Shown one piece after another: positions 9,891-18,644 of a DNA stretch of 64,000 nucleotides. A program made the translations under genes and the position numbers. The notes beneath the pieces are model-generated. The model saw nothing but the letters and a program-made list of their open reading frames with translations, was not told the origin of the DNA and did no database searches. Position 1 is the stretch's first letter; every line of letters begins with the position of its first letter. Source of the DNA: an uncultured cyanobacterium (lineage in GTDB: Bacteria; Cyanobacteriota; Cyanobacteriia; PCC-6307; Cyanobiaceae); the NCBI GenBank assembly GCA_963697335.1, contig CAVONQ010000006.1:32001-96000 (forward strand). Direction: 5' to 3'.

Positions 9891-10175
9891 ATGCCCACCC
9901 CGCCACAACGCTCGCGGCGCCGCAGCCTTCGGGGACCTCGGCGCCCGGTGGCCCTGTTGCACCATCTCGACGGCCTCCTCACCCTGGCGGCCATGGCGAC
10001 ACGGGTCAGCGGCGTCCGTCAGCGCCGGCATCGGCAGCGGCTGGCCCTGGCCCAGCGCTTGCTGGACCCCCTGCCCGGCGAGCTGGCCTCGCCGCAGCGC
10101 GTTGAGGTGTGGTTCTGGCGCCTGTGGCGCTGGGGCACACCGGGCCTGCTGCTGGCCTGGTGGTTGAGGAGCTGA
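9891..10175 (+). CDS. Hypothetical protein with basic N-terminus and Trp-rich hydrophobic C-terminus
   Basis: 94-aa ORF filling the gap; ends FWRLWRWGTPGLLLAWWLRS. Confidence 0.6.
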   Translation: MPTPPQRSRRRSLRGPRRPVALLHHLDGLLTLAAMATRVSGVRQRRHRQRLALAQRLLDPLPGELASPQRVEVWFWRLWRWGTPGLLLAWWLRS

Positions 10176-10212
10176 AGGCCTGGGCCTCAGTGCTAGTTTC
10201 TGCGCCGCAGAC

Positions 10213-11232
10213 ATGGCGGCGGCGGGGATGGGACTGTTCGATTCCCGGGATCGATTTCTGCAGTTCTGTGAGCCCTTTCAGCAGCTCACCAACTCCCAGA
10301 GCCTGCAGGATCTTTTTGCCCTCTATTGCCAGGGCCCGAAGCCCGGCTACTTCCTCGAATTCGGCCTCGCCAACGGCAGTCGCCTCTCCAACACCCTGCT
10401 GCTCGAGATCATGGGCTGGAAGGGCCTGGGTGGAGAGCCCAATCCCCTGTTACGGCGCGATGCGGAGGCCCGGCGTTCGATCCCGGTGGTGGCCGAGGCC
10501 CTCTATTCCCGAACCGGCGACACACTGAGCTTTGCCTGCAACGGCCTCTACGGCGGTCTGGACGCCACAGGTGAGCGCCGGGTGACGGAGCCCCGCTCTG
10601 GATTCACCGATACGATCGAGGTTCCCACGATCACCTTGGGAGACCTGCTGGATCGGCATGCTGCTCCGAAAGTGATTGATTATTTTTCCCTGGATGTGGA
10701 GGGGGCCGAATTAATGGTGCTCAGCCATTTACCGCTGGATCGCTATCGGTTCCGCTGCTTCACCATCGAGCACAACTTCTCGCCGGAACGACAACAGATC
10801 CTGCGGCTGATGCAGCAGCAGGGTTTCCGGCGGGTGTTCAAGGAGCTCAGTGGCCACGACGACTGGTACGTGAACACAGCCGCCCGTTTCCGCGGCTGGC
10901 CCAACCGGTTGCTGCGGCGCCTGGATGACGAGCGCGGCCGCCTGCACTTGGCCCGGATTCAGGCTGGAGTGCTGCACGACCCCGAGTCGGCCATCGCCAG
11001 GCTCTACGCCGTGATCTTCTCCAGGGCCAAGCCCCACCCCCGTGGCTTCCTGGAGCTGGCTGGCCTGTTGGAAGCCCAGGGTCGTCCCCTGGAGGCGGCA
11101 GGAGTGCTTGAGCGCGGCCACGGCCTCCACCCCGGCAACGCCCGTCTGGTGAGCCGCCTCGCAGCGGCAAGGGCCCAGCCGGGCACGATCTGTGAAGGAA
11201 ATCTAGATCCAGTATCGACGGCTACACCCTGA
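10213..11232 (+). CDS. FkbM/Methyltransf_21-family SAM-dependent methyltransferase with a C-terminal TPR-like segment
   Basis: SQSLQD, GYFLEFGLANG..SNT..LE..GWKG..GEPNP, IDYFSLDVEGAEL, FTIEHN, DDWYV. Confidence 0.85.
   Translation: MAAAGMGLFDSRDRFLQFCEPFQQLTNSQSLQDLFALYCQGPKPGYFLEFGLANGSRLSNTLLLEIMGWKGLGGEPNPLLRRDAEARRSIPVVAEALYSRTGDTLSFACNGLYGGLDATGERRVTEPRSGFTDTIEVPTITLGDLLDRHAAPKVIDYFSLDVEGAELMVLSHLPLDRYRFRCFTIEHNFSPERQQILRLMQQQGFRRVFKELSGHDDWYVNTAARFRGWPNRLLRRLDDERGRLHLARIQAGVLHDPESAIARLYAVIFSRAKPHPRGFLELAGLLEAQGRPLEAAGVLERGHGLHPGNARLVSRLAAARAQPGTICEGNLDPVSTATP
11212..11225 (+). promoter_or_regulatory. NtcA binding site (GTA-N8-TAC) upstream of the 87-aa ORF
   Basis: aGTATCGACGGCTACa is a perfect consensus, ending 45 nt before ATG 11271; it lies inside the 3' tail of the methyltransferase gene. 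Confidence 0.7.
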
Positions 11233-11270
11233 CGCGAGAATTGGTGTACCACAGCCCTCAAGGAGAGGTC

Positions 11271-11534
11271 ATGGTTGCCCTTCCCCTGTCGATCCCGCTC
11301 GCTGTCGGTGACCGCGGCCAGTCTCGACCCGACCCCGTCTTCCTGGCCTGGGCCCAGCAGCACAGCCGCGAACGGCGCCGGCATGGCGCTGAGCTGGCCC
11401 AGATCACCCGCCACCCCGAGCTCAATCCCAACGCTGGTGCGGCGCACCAGCTCAAGGCCTGGGCCGCGCGCCATGCCCACAAGAAGCATCTGCACGGCAG
11501 CGCCCTGGCCCAGATCCGCCCTCATGCGTCGTAG
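11271..11534 (+). CDS. 87-aa basic His/Arg-rich two-repeat protein convergent with glnA; candidate glutamine synthetase regulator
   Basis: RBS AGGAGAGG at 11261-11268; internal repeat [20 protein letters not shown] / [20 protein letters not shown]; stop overlaps the glnA 3' end by 13 nt. Confidence 0.7.
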   Translation: MVALPLSIPLAVGDRGQSRPDPVFLAWAQQHSRERRRHGAELAQITRHPELNPNAGAAHQLKAWAARHAHKKHLHGSALAQIRPHAS

Positions 11535-12940
11535 TACATCACGAATTCGTGGGGGTGGGGCCGCTGGCGCAGCTGCTGCACCTCCTCGTACTTGAGGTCA
11601 ATCCAGTTGCTGAGGAAGTCGGCGCTGAACACCTCACCCTCCATCAGGTAGTGCTTGTCGGCATCGAGGGCTTCCAGGGCTCCATGGAGGGAGGCCGGCA
11701 CTGTGGCGATCCGCGCCAGCTCGTCGGCGCTGAGCTCGAAGAGGTCCAGGTCAGTGCCGTCTCCGGGGTCGATCTGATTCTTGATGCCGTCGATGCCGGC
11801 CATCAGCATCGCCGCAAAGCCCAGATAGGGGTTGGAGAGGGCGTCGCCGGAGCGAAACTCCAGGCGCTTGGCCCTGGGGTTGGGACCCGTCAGCGGAATC
11901 CGCACCGCGGCCGAGCGGTTCCCCTGGGAATAGACCAGGTTCACCGGCGCCTCGAAACCCGGCACCAGGCGCTTGTAGCTGTTGGTGGTGGGATTGGTGA
12001 AGGCGAGGAAACTGGGGGCGTGCTTGAGCAGGCCGCCGATGTACCAGCGGGCCGTCTGGGAGAGGTTGGCGTAGGTGCCTTCGCCAAAAAACAGGGGATC
12101 GCCCCCCTTCCAGAGGCTCTGGTGCACGTGCATACCACTGCCGTTATCGGCAAACACCGGTTTGGGCATGAAGGTGGCTGTCTTGCCGTATCGCTTGGCA
12201 ATGTTGCGCACCACATATTTGTAGATCATCACGTTGTCCGCGGCGCTGATCAACTCGGCGAACTTCATGCCGAGTTCGTGCTGCGCCGTGGCCACCTCAT
12301 GGTGTTGTTTCTCGATCGGCACCCCCAGGCTGGCCATGGTGAGCAGCATTTCGCTGCGCATGTCCTGCATCGTGTCGTTGGGGCCCACAGGGAAGTAGCC
12401 CTCTTTGAGGGCGATCTTGTAGGCCAGATTGCCGCCCTCCTCCTGGCGCCCACTGTTCCAGGGGGCCTCGATGGAATCGACGCTGTAAAAACTGCTGCCG
12501 TTGCCGGAATTGAAGCGCACATCGTCGAACACGAAGAACTCCGGCTCGGGGCCGAAGTAGGCCATGTCGGCAATGCCGGTGGAGCCCAGATACTCGAGCG
12601 CCTTCTGGGCCAGGGCGCGGGGGCAGCGCCCGTAGGGCTCGCCGCTGCGGGGCTCCTGGATCGAGCAGATCAGGCTGAGGGTCTTGTGGCTGTAAAAGGG
12701 GTCGATCCAGGCGGTGTTCGGATCAGGCACCATCGCCATGTCCGACTCATTGATGGCCTTCCAGCCGCGGATGGATGAGCCATCGAACGCCACCCCGCTG
12801 ACAAAGGCGTCCTCGTCGATCAGATCCCTGCACACGGTGAGGTGCTGCCACTTGCCGTGCAGGTCAACGAACTTGAGGTCGATCAGCTCAATGCCGTCGT
12901 CCTGAATCTGACGCAAGACATCGTGAGCGGTTTTGGCCAT
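11522..12940 (-). CDS. glnA: Glutamine synthetase type I
   Basis: [58 protein letters not shown]. Confidence 0.99.
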   Translation of the reverse strand: MAKTAHDVLRQIQDDGIELIDLKFVDLHGKWQHLTVCRDLIDEDAFVSGVAFDGSSIRGWKAINESDMAMVPDPNTAWIDPFYSHKTLSLICSIQEPRSGEPYGRCPRALAQKALEYLGSTGIADMAYFGPEPEFFVFDDVRFNSGNGSSFYSVDSIEAPWNSGRQEEGGNLAYKIALKEGYFPVGPNDTMQDMRSEMLLTMASLGVPIEKQHHEVATAQHELGMKFAELISAADNVMIYKYVVRNIAKRYGKTATFMPKPVFADNGSGMHVHQSLWKGGDPLFFGEGTYANLSQTARWYIGGLLKHAPSFLAFTNPTTNSYKRLVPGFEAPVNLVYSQGNRSAAVRIPLTGPNPRAKRLEFRSGDALSNPYLGFAAMLMAGIDGIKNQIDPGDGTDLDLFELSADELARIATVPASLHGALEALDADKHYLMEGEVFSADFLSNWIDLKYEEVQQLRQRPHPHEFVMYYDA

Positions 12941-12984
12941 GGAGCAATGCAGGGGGTGATGCCGGCCCTTGGCGGCGTGGCCGG

Positions 12985-13027
12985 AAGGTAGGGAGCCTGC
13001 CAACCGACACCTTGTAGCCCTTGCTAC
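12985..13027 (-). promoter_or_regulatory. NtcA-activated glnA promoter: GTA-N8-TAC (13014-13027), 23-nt spacer, -10 TACCTT (12990-12985)
   Basis: Plus strand GTAGCCCTTGCTAC; geometry matches the GTA-N8-TAC-N22/23-TAN3T architecture; glnA is an established NtcA target. Confidence 0.85.
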
Positions 13028-13149
13028 CGAAGCCCCGGGCCTGCTTGCGTAACTGTTTTTCTCAGATCGGCCAGATCGCGCCCTGCGCCTGGGTTCTTGT
13101 CAGTCGCGAGTGCTAGCTTCCGCCGCAGGTGCGTCGAACTTTTCGAACC

Positions 13150-13680
13150 ATGCGCGATGCCATCACCGGTCTGATCGGCCGCTACGACCAGCTGGGCCGC
13201 TACCTCGACCGGGATGCGATCGACCGCATCAATGCCTACTACGCCGAATCGGCCCTGCGGCTGCGGGCCGTGGAGCTGATCAACCGCGAGGCCGCCGCCA
13301 TCGTGCGCGAGGCGTCCCAGCGGCTCTGGCTCGATGACCCCGAGCTGATCCTGCCCGGCGGCAACGCCTACACCACCCGCCGCCTCTCGGCCTGCCTGCG
13401 GGACATGGACTATTTCCTGCGCTACGCCAGCTATGCCCTGGTGGCTGCCGATGCCTCGATCCTCAACGAGCGCGTGCTCAACGGCCTTGACGACACCTAC
13501 AAGAGTCTGGGCGTGCCCACCGGCCCCACAGTGCGCAGCATTGCCCTGATGGGCGATGTGGTCTGCGAGCTGCTGGCGGCGGAAGGCAATGCTGACCCCT
13601 CGGCGCTGGCCGCCGTGGTGCGCGTACCCTTCGAGCACCTCTGCCGTGGGCTGGGTGCCAGCAACGTGCGCGCCCGCTAA
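13150..13680 (+). CDS. apcF: Allophycocyanin beta-18 subunit
   Basis: MRDAITGLIGRYDQLGRYLD, PGGNAYTTRRLSACLRDMDYFLRYASYA, VLNGLDDTYKSLGVP. Confidence 0.95.
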   Translation: MRDAITGLIGRYDQLGRYLDRDAIDRINAYYAESALRLRAVELINREAAAIVREASQRLWLDDPELILPGGNAYTTRRLSACLRDMDYFLRYASYALVAADASILNERVLNGLDDTYKSLGVPTGPTVRSIALMGDVVCELLAAEGNADPSALAAVVRVPFEHLCRGLGASNVRAR

Positions 13681-13712
13681 TTCCACCGTTCACCTTTTCC
13701 TCCCCAGGCCCC

Positions 13713-14906
13713 TTGTCTGCGCTGCCCTCCGTCAACAACGCCCATCGCCGTGCGCTCGGGCCTATCGCCACGCCCGATCGTCTGTTGCTCGGCCCAGGGC
13801 CCTCCAATGCCCACCCCACGGTGCTGCAGGCCCTGGCACGCACGCCGATCGGCCACCTCGATCCGCTCTATGTGGAGCTGATGGGGGAAGTGCAGGAGCT
13901 GCTGCGCTACGCCTGGCAGACCGACAACCGGCTCACCATCCCCATGAGCGGCACGGGCAGCGCCGCCATGGAGGCGACCCTGGCGAACACCCTCGAACCG
14001 GGTGACAAGGTGCTGGTGGCGGTGAAGGGGTACTTCGGCCTGCGGCTGGTGGACATGGCCGGTCGCTACCGCGCCGACGTGGTGACGATCGAGCGGCCCT
14101 GGGGTGAGGCCTTCACCTACGAGGAGATCGAGGCGGCCGTGAAGCTGCACAAGCCGGCGGTGCTGGCCATGGTGCATGCGGAGACCTCCACGGGCATCTG
14201 CCAGCCGATGGATGGCATCGGCGACCTCTGTCGCGCCCACGACTGCCTGCTGCTGCTCGACACCGTCACCTCCCTCGGCGCTGTTCCCGTCTACCTCGAT
14301 GACTGGAAGGTGGACCTGGCCTACAGCTGCAGCCAGAAGGGTCTCAGCTGCCCCCCCGGGCTGGGTCCGTTCACCATGGGTCCCCGGGCCGAAGCCAAGA
14401 TGGAGTCCCGCCAGGGCAAGGTGCCCAACTGGTATCTCGATGTCACCTTGCTGAACCGCTACTGGGGCAGTGATCGGGTGTACCACCACACCGCTCCGGT
14501 GAACATGAACTTCGGCATGCGCGAGGCCCTGCGCCTCCTGGCCGAGGAGGGGCTCGAGCAGGCCTGGACCCGCCACCGTCGCAACGCCGAACGCCTCTGG
14601 GCCGGCCTCGAAGACCTGGGCCTCTCCCTCCACGCTCCTGAGCATCTGCGCCTGCCCACCCTCACCACGGTGCGCATCCCTGACGGGGTGGACGGCAAGG
14701 CCTTCTGCCTGCACCTGCTCAACACCCACGGCATCGAGGTGGGTGGGGGGCTCGGTGCCCTGGCCGGCAAGGTGTGGCGGATCGGCCTGATGGGCTTCAA
14801 CAGTCAGCCAGAGAACGTGGATCGCCTGCTGGAACTGTTCCGCACCGAATTGCCGGCCTTCCGTCCTGGGGCGGCGTCGGGTCGGCCCACTGCCGTCGCT
14901 GTCTGA
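13713..14906 (+). CDS. Alanine-glyoxylate / serine-pyruvate aminotransferase (class V PLP)
   Basis: [43 protein letters not shown]. Confidence 0.94.
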   Translation: MSALPSVNNAHRRALGPIATPDRLLLGPGPSNAHPTVLQALARTPIGHLDPLYVELMGEVQELLRYAWQTDNRLTIPMSGTGSAAMEATLANTLEPGDKVLVAVKGYFGLRLVDMAGRYRADVVTIERPWGEAFTYEEIEAAVKLHKPAVLAMVHAETSTGICQPMDGIGDLCRAHDCLLLLDTVTSLGAVPVYLDDWKVDLAYSCSQKGLSCPPGLGPFTMGPRAEAKMESRQGKVPNWYLDVTLLNRYWGSDRVYHHTAPVNMNFGMREALRLLAEEGLEQAWTRHRRNAERLWAGLEDLGLSLHAPEHLRLPTLTTVRIPDGVDGKAFCLHLLNTHGIEVGGGLGALAGKVWRIGLMGFNSQPENVDRLLELFRTELPAFRPGAASGRPTAVAV

Positions 14907-15381
14907 ACCAGCCGCTGAGCTGGTGGCCGGCAGCTTCGGCCTCCACGCCGGCCACCACGCGCATGTGATGGTGGGCACTGGGATGGCGCACCAGGTCCAG
15001 GGCCCCTCCCACCCCTCCCCGCTTGGGGTCGGGGGCGGCGTAGACCAGGGTGCCGAGCCGCGCCTGCACCAGGGCTCCGGCACACATGGGGCAGGGCTCG
15101 AGGGTCACCAGCAGGGTGCACTGGTTCAGGCGCCAGTCCCCCAGCAGGCGGCTGGCCTGGGCGATCGCCACCAGTTCCGCATGGCCCAGGGGATCCTGGC
15201 GATGGTGGCGGCGGTTGCCGCCCCAGCCGATGCAGCGGCCGCCGGCATCCAGCACCACCGCCGCCACGGGTATTTCGCCGCTGGCCCCCAGGCGGCGGGC
15301 GCAGCGCAGCAGGCGCTGCATCCAGAAGCTGTTGAGCCCCCGGTCGTTGCCGGAGGCCCCGTGGCTGACACTGCTGGCCAT
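14797..15381 (-). CDS. tadA: tRNA adenosine deaminase TadA
   Basis: GEIPVAAV, DPLGHAE, TLEPCPMCAGA, DPKRG; 3' end overlaps the convergent aminotransferase by 110 nt. Confidence 0.88.
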   Translation of the reverse strand: MASSVSHGASGNDRGLNSFWMQRLLRCARRLGASGEIPVAAVVLDAGGRCIGWGGNRRHHRQDPLGHAELVAIAQASRLLGDWRLNQCTLLVTLEPCPMCAGALVQARLGTLVYAAPDPKRGGVGGALDLVRHPSAHHHMRVVAGVEAEAAGHQLSGWFRQRRQWADPTPPQDGRPAIRCGTVPAGDPRSLADC

Positions 15382-15434
15382 TGCTGCTCCCGCAGGCCCT
15401 GGTTGCTTGTGGCTCAGCGAGCCTGCAGGTGAGA

Positions 15435-16898
15435 ATGGCACGATCCGATCGTCCGCCGTTGGCTAGCGCGCCACCAGCCCCGAGGGCGATTCCGCCCCTG
15501 CCCTTCGCCAGCCCGCACCAGCCCGATCAGCGCCTGCAGGACTTTCTGGAGCAAGCCACGCAGCAGTTGTGCGCCTGGCTGGCCAGTGCCTCCAGCCGCG
15601 GGCCCCTGCCGCCGCTGAGCGTGTTGCCGGCCGTGGAGCCCGAGCAGGCCGGTCTGGCGGACGTACAGCTGCTGGCCGATCTCCAGCTCGTGATGGACGG
15701 GGCCTACAACCCGGCCCACCCTGGCGCCCTGGCCCATCTGGATCCGCCGCCCCTGCCTGCCTCGATCGCGGCAGACCTGATCTGTGCCGGCCTCAACAAC
15801 AACCTGCTGGCGGAGGAGCTCTCCCCCAGCCTCTCGCGCCTGGAGCGCCACCTGGCCTCCTGGCTGGCTGAGCAGCTGGGGCTCGGCCCCGGCAGTGGCG
15901 GCGTGGCGGCCAGCGGCGGCACCTTGGCCAACCTGATGGCCCTGGTCACCGCGCGCCAGCAGGCTGGGCTCGGCTGTCGCGCTGATGCCGTGGTGGTGGC
16001 CAGTGCCGATGGCCATGTGTCCCTCAACAAGGCGCTGAGCGTGATGGGCCTGCCGCCGGCGGCCCTGTGGGCCGTGCCCACGGCAGCCGACGGCGGCATG
16101 GACCCCGCCGCCCTCGAGCACACCCTGGAGCAGCTGGCGTCCCGGGGGACCCCGGTGATTGCCGTGGTGGCCACCGCCGGCACCACGGTGAGGGGCAGTG
16201 TCGATCCCCTGAGCCGCAGCGCGGCGCTCTGCCGCCGCCACGGCCACTGGCTGCACGTGGATGGGGCGATCGGAGCCGTGTTCGGCCTCAGCCCGCGCCA
16301 TCGCCACCGGGTGGAGGGGCTCGAGCTGGCGGATTCCGTCACCATCAATCCCCAGAAACTGCTCGGCATCACCAAGACCTCCTCCCTGCTGCTGCTGCGG
16401 CGGCCCGAGGCCCTGGAGCAGGCCTTCGGCACCGGCCTGCCCTACATGGAGCCCAGCTGGGGCGGCGGCCACGGCGGTGAGTGCGGCCTGCAGGGCACCC
16501 GCCCCGCCGACGTGCTCAAGCTGTGGCTGGGCCTGCGGCAACTGGGCCTCGACGGCATCGAGGCGGTGCTCGACGGGGCGATCCAGCGCCGCCGGCAGCT
16601 GGTGGGGCTGCTGGCCAGCCTTCCCGCCCTGGAGCTGCTGCAGGGGCGGTTTCACCTGCTGGCCTTCACGCTGCGGGGCGCTGACGCCAACGCCGCGGAG
16701 GCCTGGAGCCTTGCCACGCGGCACCGACTGCTGGAGCAGCAGCTGATGCTGTCGCGGCCCCTGCATGGAGGTCGCCACCACCTCAAGGCGGTGCTGGGCA
16801 ATCCCCACACCACAGGGGCTGAACTGCAACGGCTCAGAGCCGTGGTGGCCGCGTCCCTGCCGGCCGCTTCGGGCCACCGGTCGCAGTCCAGGCCATGA
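15435..16898 (+). CDS. Group II PLP-dependent amino-acid decarboxylase
   Basis: SGGTLANLMAL, HVSLNKA, ATAGTTVRGSVD, WLHVDGAIG, DSVTINPQK. Confidence 0.9.
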   Translation: MARSDRPPLASAPPAPRAIPPLPFASPHQPDQRLQDFLEQATQQLCAWLASASSRGPLPPLSVLPAVEPEQAGLADVQLLADLQLVMDGAYNPAHPGALAHLDPPPLPASIAADLICAGLNNNLLAEELSPSLSRLERHLASWLAEQLGLGPGSGGVAASGGTLANLMALVTARQQAGLGCRADAVVVASADGHVSLNKALSVMGLPPAALWAVPTAADGGMDPAALEHTLEQLASRGTPVIAVVATAGTTVRGSVDPLSRSAALCRRHGHWLHVDGAIGAVFGLSPRHRHRVEGLELADSVTINPQKLLGITKTSSLLLLRRPEALEQAFGTGLPYMEPSWGGGHGGECGLQGTRPADVLKLWLGLRQLGLDGIEAVLDGAIQRRRQLVGLLASLPALELLQGRFHLLAFTLRGADANAAEAWSLATRHRLLEQQLMLSRPLHGGRHHLKAVLGNPHTTGAELQRLRAVVAASLPAASGHRSQSRP

Positions 16899-17143
16899 CC
16901 CCCGAGCCCAGTCCACGCTCCAAATGGGTGGCGATCATCACCGGGGCCCTTTCCATCCTGGTGGCCTTGCTCTACCTGGGCCTGATCCTGGTGCTTGACA
17001 GCCGCGGCCCCCTGCAGCCGCCCCCGCCTGAGGCCCTCGGCTTCGGCCTGGTCAACGTCACGAGGCCGGCTGCCAGCCTCACGCCCCGGGCCTGGGCGGC
17101 AACTGCCTCTCCCGCTGCCGCAGGGGTTCCACCACACGCCTGA
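16895..17143 (+). CDS. Small membrane protein, hypothetical
   Basis: ATGA overlap with the decarboxylase; TM WVAIITGALSILVALLYLGLILVLD followed by PPPPEALG. Confidence 0.7.
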   Translation: MTPEPSPRSKWVAIITGALSILVALLYLGLILVLDSRGPLQPPPPEALGFGLVNVTRPAASLTPRAWAATASPAAAGVPPHA

Positions 17144-18641
17144 AGGCCACGGCCAGGAAGCGGCGCAGGTCGCCGTCGCGACGGCCCAGGTCGTAGTGGC
17201 GCTGCACCACCTCCTGCATGCCGCCGTCGCCCCAGTCCTGGTCACGCTCGAAGTAGGTGATGAAACTCTGGCCCGCCACCCGCGTCAGCCAGGCCGCACT
17301 CACCGCCTGGATCGCCCTGCTCACCACCAGGGCCGGCAACGACAGACTCAGGGCCGCACTCACCAGGCTCACCCCCCCCTTCACCAGGCCCAGGCCCGCC
17401 AGGGTGCGCCCCACCGAGAGGGCGAGCTCCTGGGCGTTGCCGCGGCTCAGATTCACCCCGTAGACCTTGGCGATCTCCACCACCATCTGGGCATTGACGG
17501 CCGCCGCGCCGAGCAGATCGAGTCCCGGCAGCGGCGTCACCGCCAGCACGGCGGCACCGATCCAGCTGTAGCGCTCCACCACGGCATCGGCGTCAGCCCG
17601 CCGCTGCTCTCCCAGCAACTGCCGGCTGGCCTCGCCCAGCTGGCGGCACTGCAACAGCAGGTTGTCGGCAATCAGTTCCTCCCCCTCGGCATGGAGCACG
17701 GCGGCGAGGCGGCGCAGCACGGCATCCACCTCCGGCGCGGGCTGAAGCGGCCTTCCCCCCGGCATCGGCACGCTCTGGGGAGCAGCGCTGGCCGGGATCA
17801 CATCCTCGGGAGCGAGCACGGCGCTGCAGCGGCGTCGCAGCAGCGCCAGCAGCCGCTGCTCCTCCTGCTCGCCGCGCAGGTCGCACTTGTTGAGCACCAG
17901 CAACAGGCGCTTGCCCAGGCCGGCCAGGGTTTCCAGCACCTGGAATTCCGTGGCCCGCAGGTCCCCATCCACCAGCAGCAGCAGCAGATCGGCACGGCTG
18001 GCCTGGCCCCGGGCCAGCCGCTCCCGCTGCTGGCCCGCATCCCCCGATTCCAGGATCCCGGGAGTGTCCACGAGCCACACGGCCCGGCGCAGGCCCTGCA
18101 GGCGCAGCCGATAACGGCTGCTGCGCTCGGTGACCCCCATCGGCGCCCCCACCTCCCCCACCAGCTGCCGCAACAGGGCCCGGATCAGGGAGGTCTTGCC
18201 GGAGGAGCCGCTGCCGAACACCACGATCACCAGGTCGCCCCGCTCCAGCTCGGCGGCCATGCGCTGTTGCCGCTCCTGCAGGGCCTGGCGCTCCACCGCA
18301 TCGCGCACGCGCTCGAGGGTCTGATCGATGGCCTCCAGCTGGCGGGCGGCGGCTTCGCGGCGGTTGCCCGGCGGCTCAGCAGGGGGGCGGGCGCCGGCGG
18401 CCTGGCCCGGCCCCCGGCCCCCGCCCCGGCCCAGCCCCCGCAGCCAGGGCCAGGCCAGCTGGGCCAGCAGCAGGGCCAGCGCCAGCAGCAGCACCGCCAC
18501 CACCGGCCCCACCAGGCCATAGGGCAGCACGGCACTCAGCTGCCACACCAGCTGGTTGATGGCCTGCAGCACCACCCCCACCACCACCAGCGCCAGCAAC
18601 AGCAGGCCGGTGGCGATCCAGAGGCGGGTGCGCTGTTTCAC
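17079..18641 (-). CDS. Membrane-anchored P-loop GTPase with a DUF697/YcjF domain
   Basis: G1 GSGSSGKTS, G3 DTPG, G4 NKCD, TPLPGLD; N-terminal TM helices. Confidence 0.88.
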   Translation of the reverse strand: MKQRTRLWIATGLLLLALVVVGVVLQAINQLVWQLSAVLPYGLVGPVVAVLLLALALLLAQLAWPWLRGLGRGGGRGPGQAAGARPPAEPPGNRREAAARQLEAIDQTLERVRDAVERQALQERQQRMAAELERGDLVIVVFGSGSSGKTSLIRALLRQLVGEVGAPMGVTERSSRYRLRLQGLRRAVWLVDTPGILESGDAGQQRERLARGQASRADLLLLLVDGDLRATEFQVLETLAGLGKRLLLVLNKCDLRGEQEEQRLLALLRRRCSAVLAPEDVIPASAAPQSVPMPGGRPLQPAPEVDAVLRRLAAVLHAEGEELIADNLLLQCRQLGEASRQLLGEQRRADADAVVERYSWIGAAVLAVTPLPGLDLLGAAAVNAQMVVEIAKVYGVNLSRGNAQELALSVGRTLAGLGLVKGGVSLVSAALSLSLPALVVSRAIQAVSAAWLTRVAGQSFITYFERDQDWGDGGMQEVVQRHYDLGRRDGDLRRFLAVAFRRVVEPLRQRERQLPPRPGA

Positions 18642-18644
18642 CGT

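Noticed and set aside
11226..11270. Glutamine riboswitch (glnA or downstream-peptide motif) ahead of the 87-aa ORF, as found for gifB
   Set aside because: The space between the NtcA box and the ATG is only 45 nt and I see no convincing aptamer fold; an Infernal search would settle it
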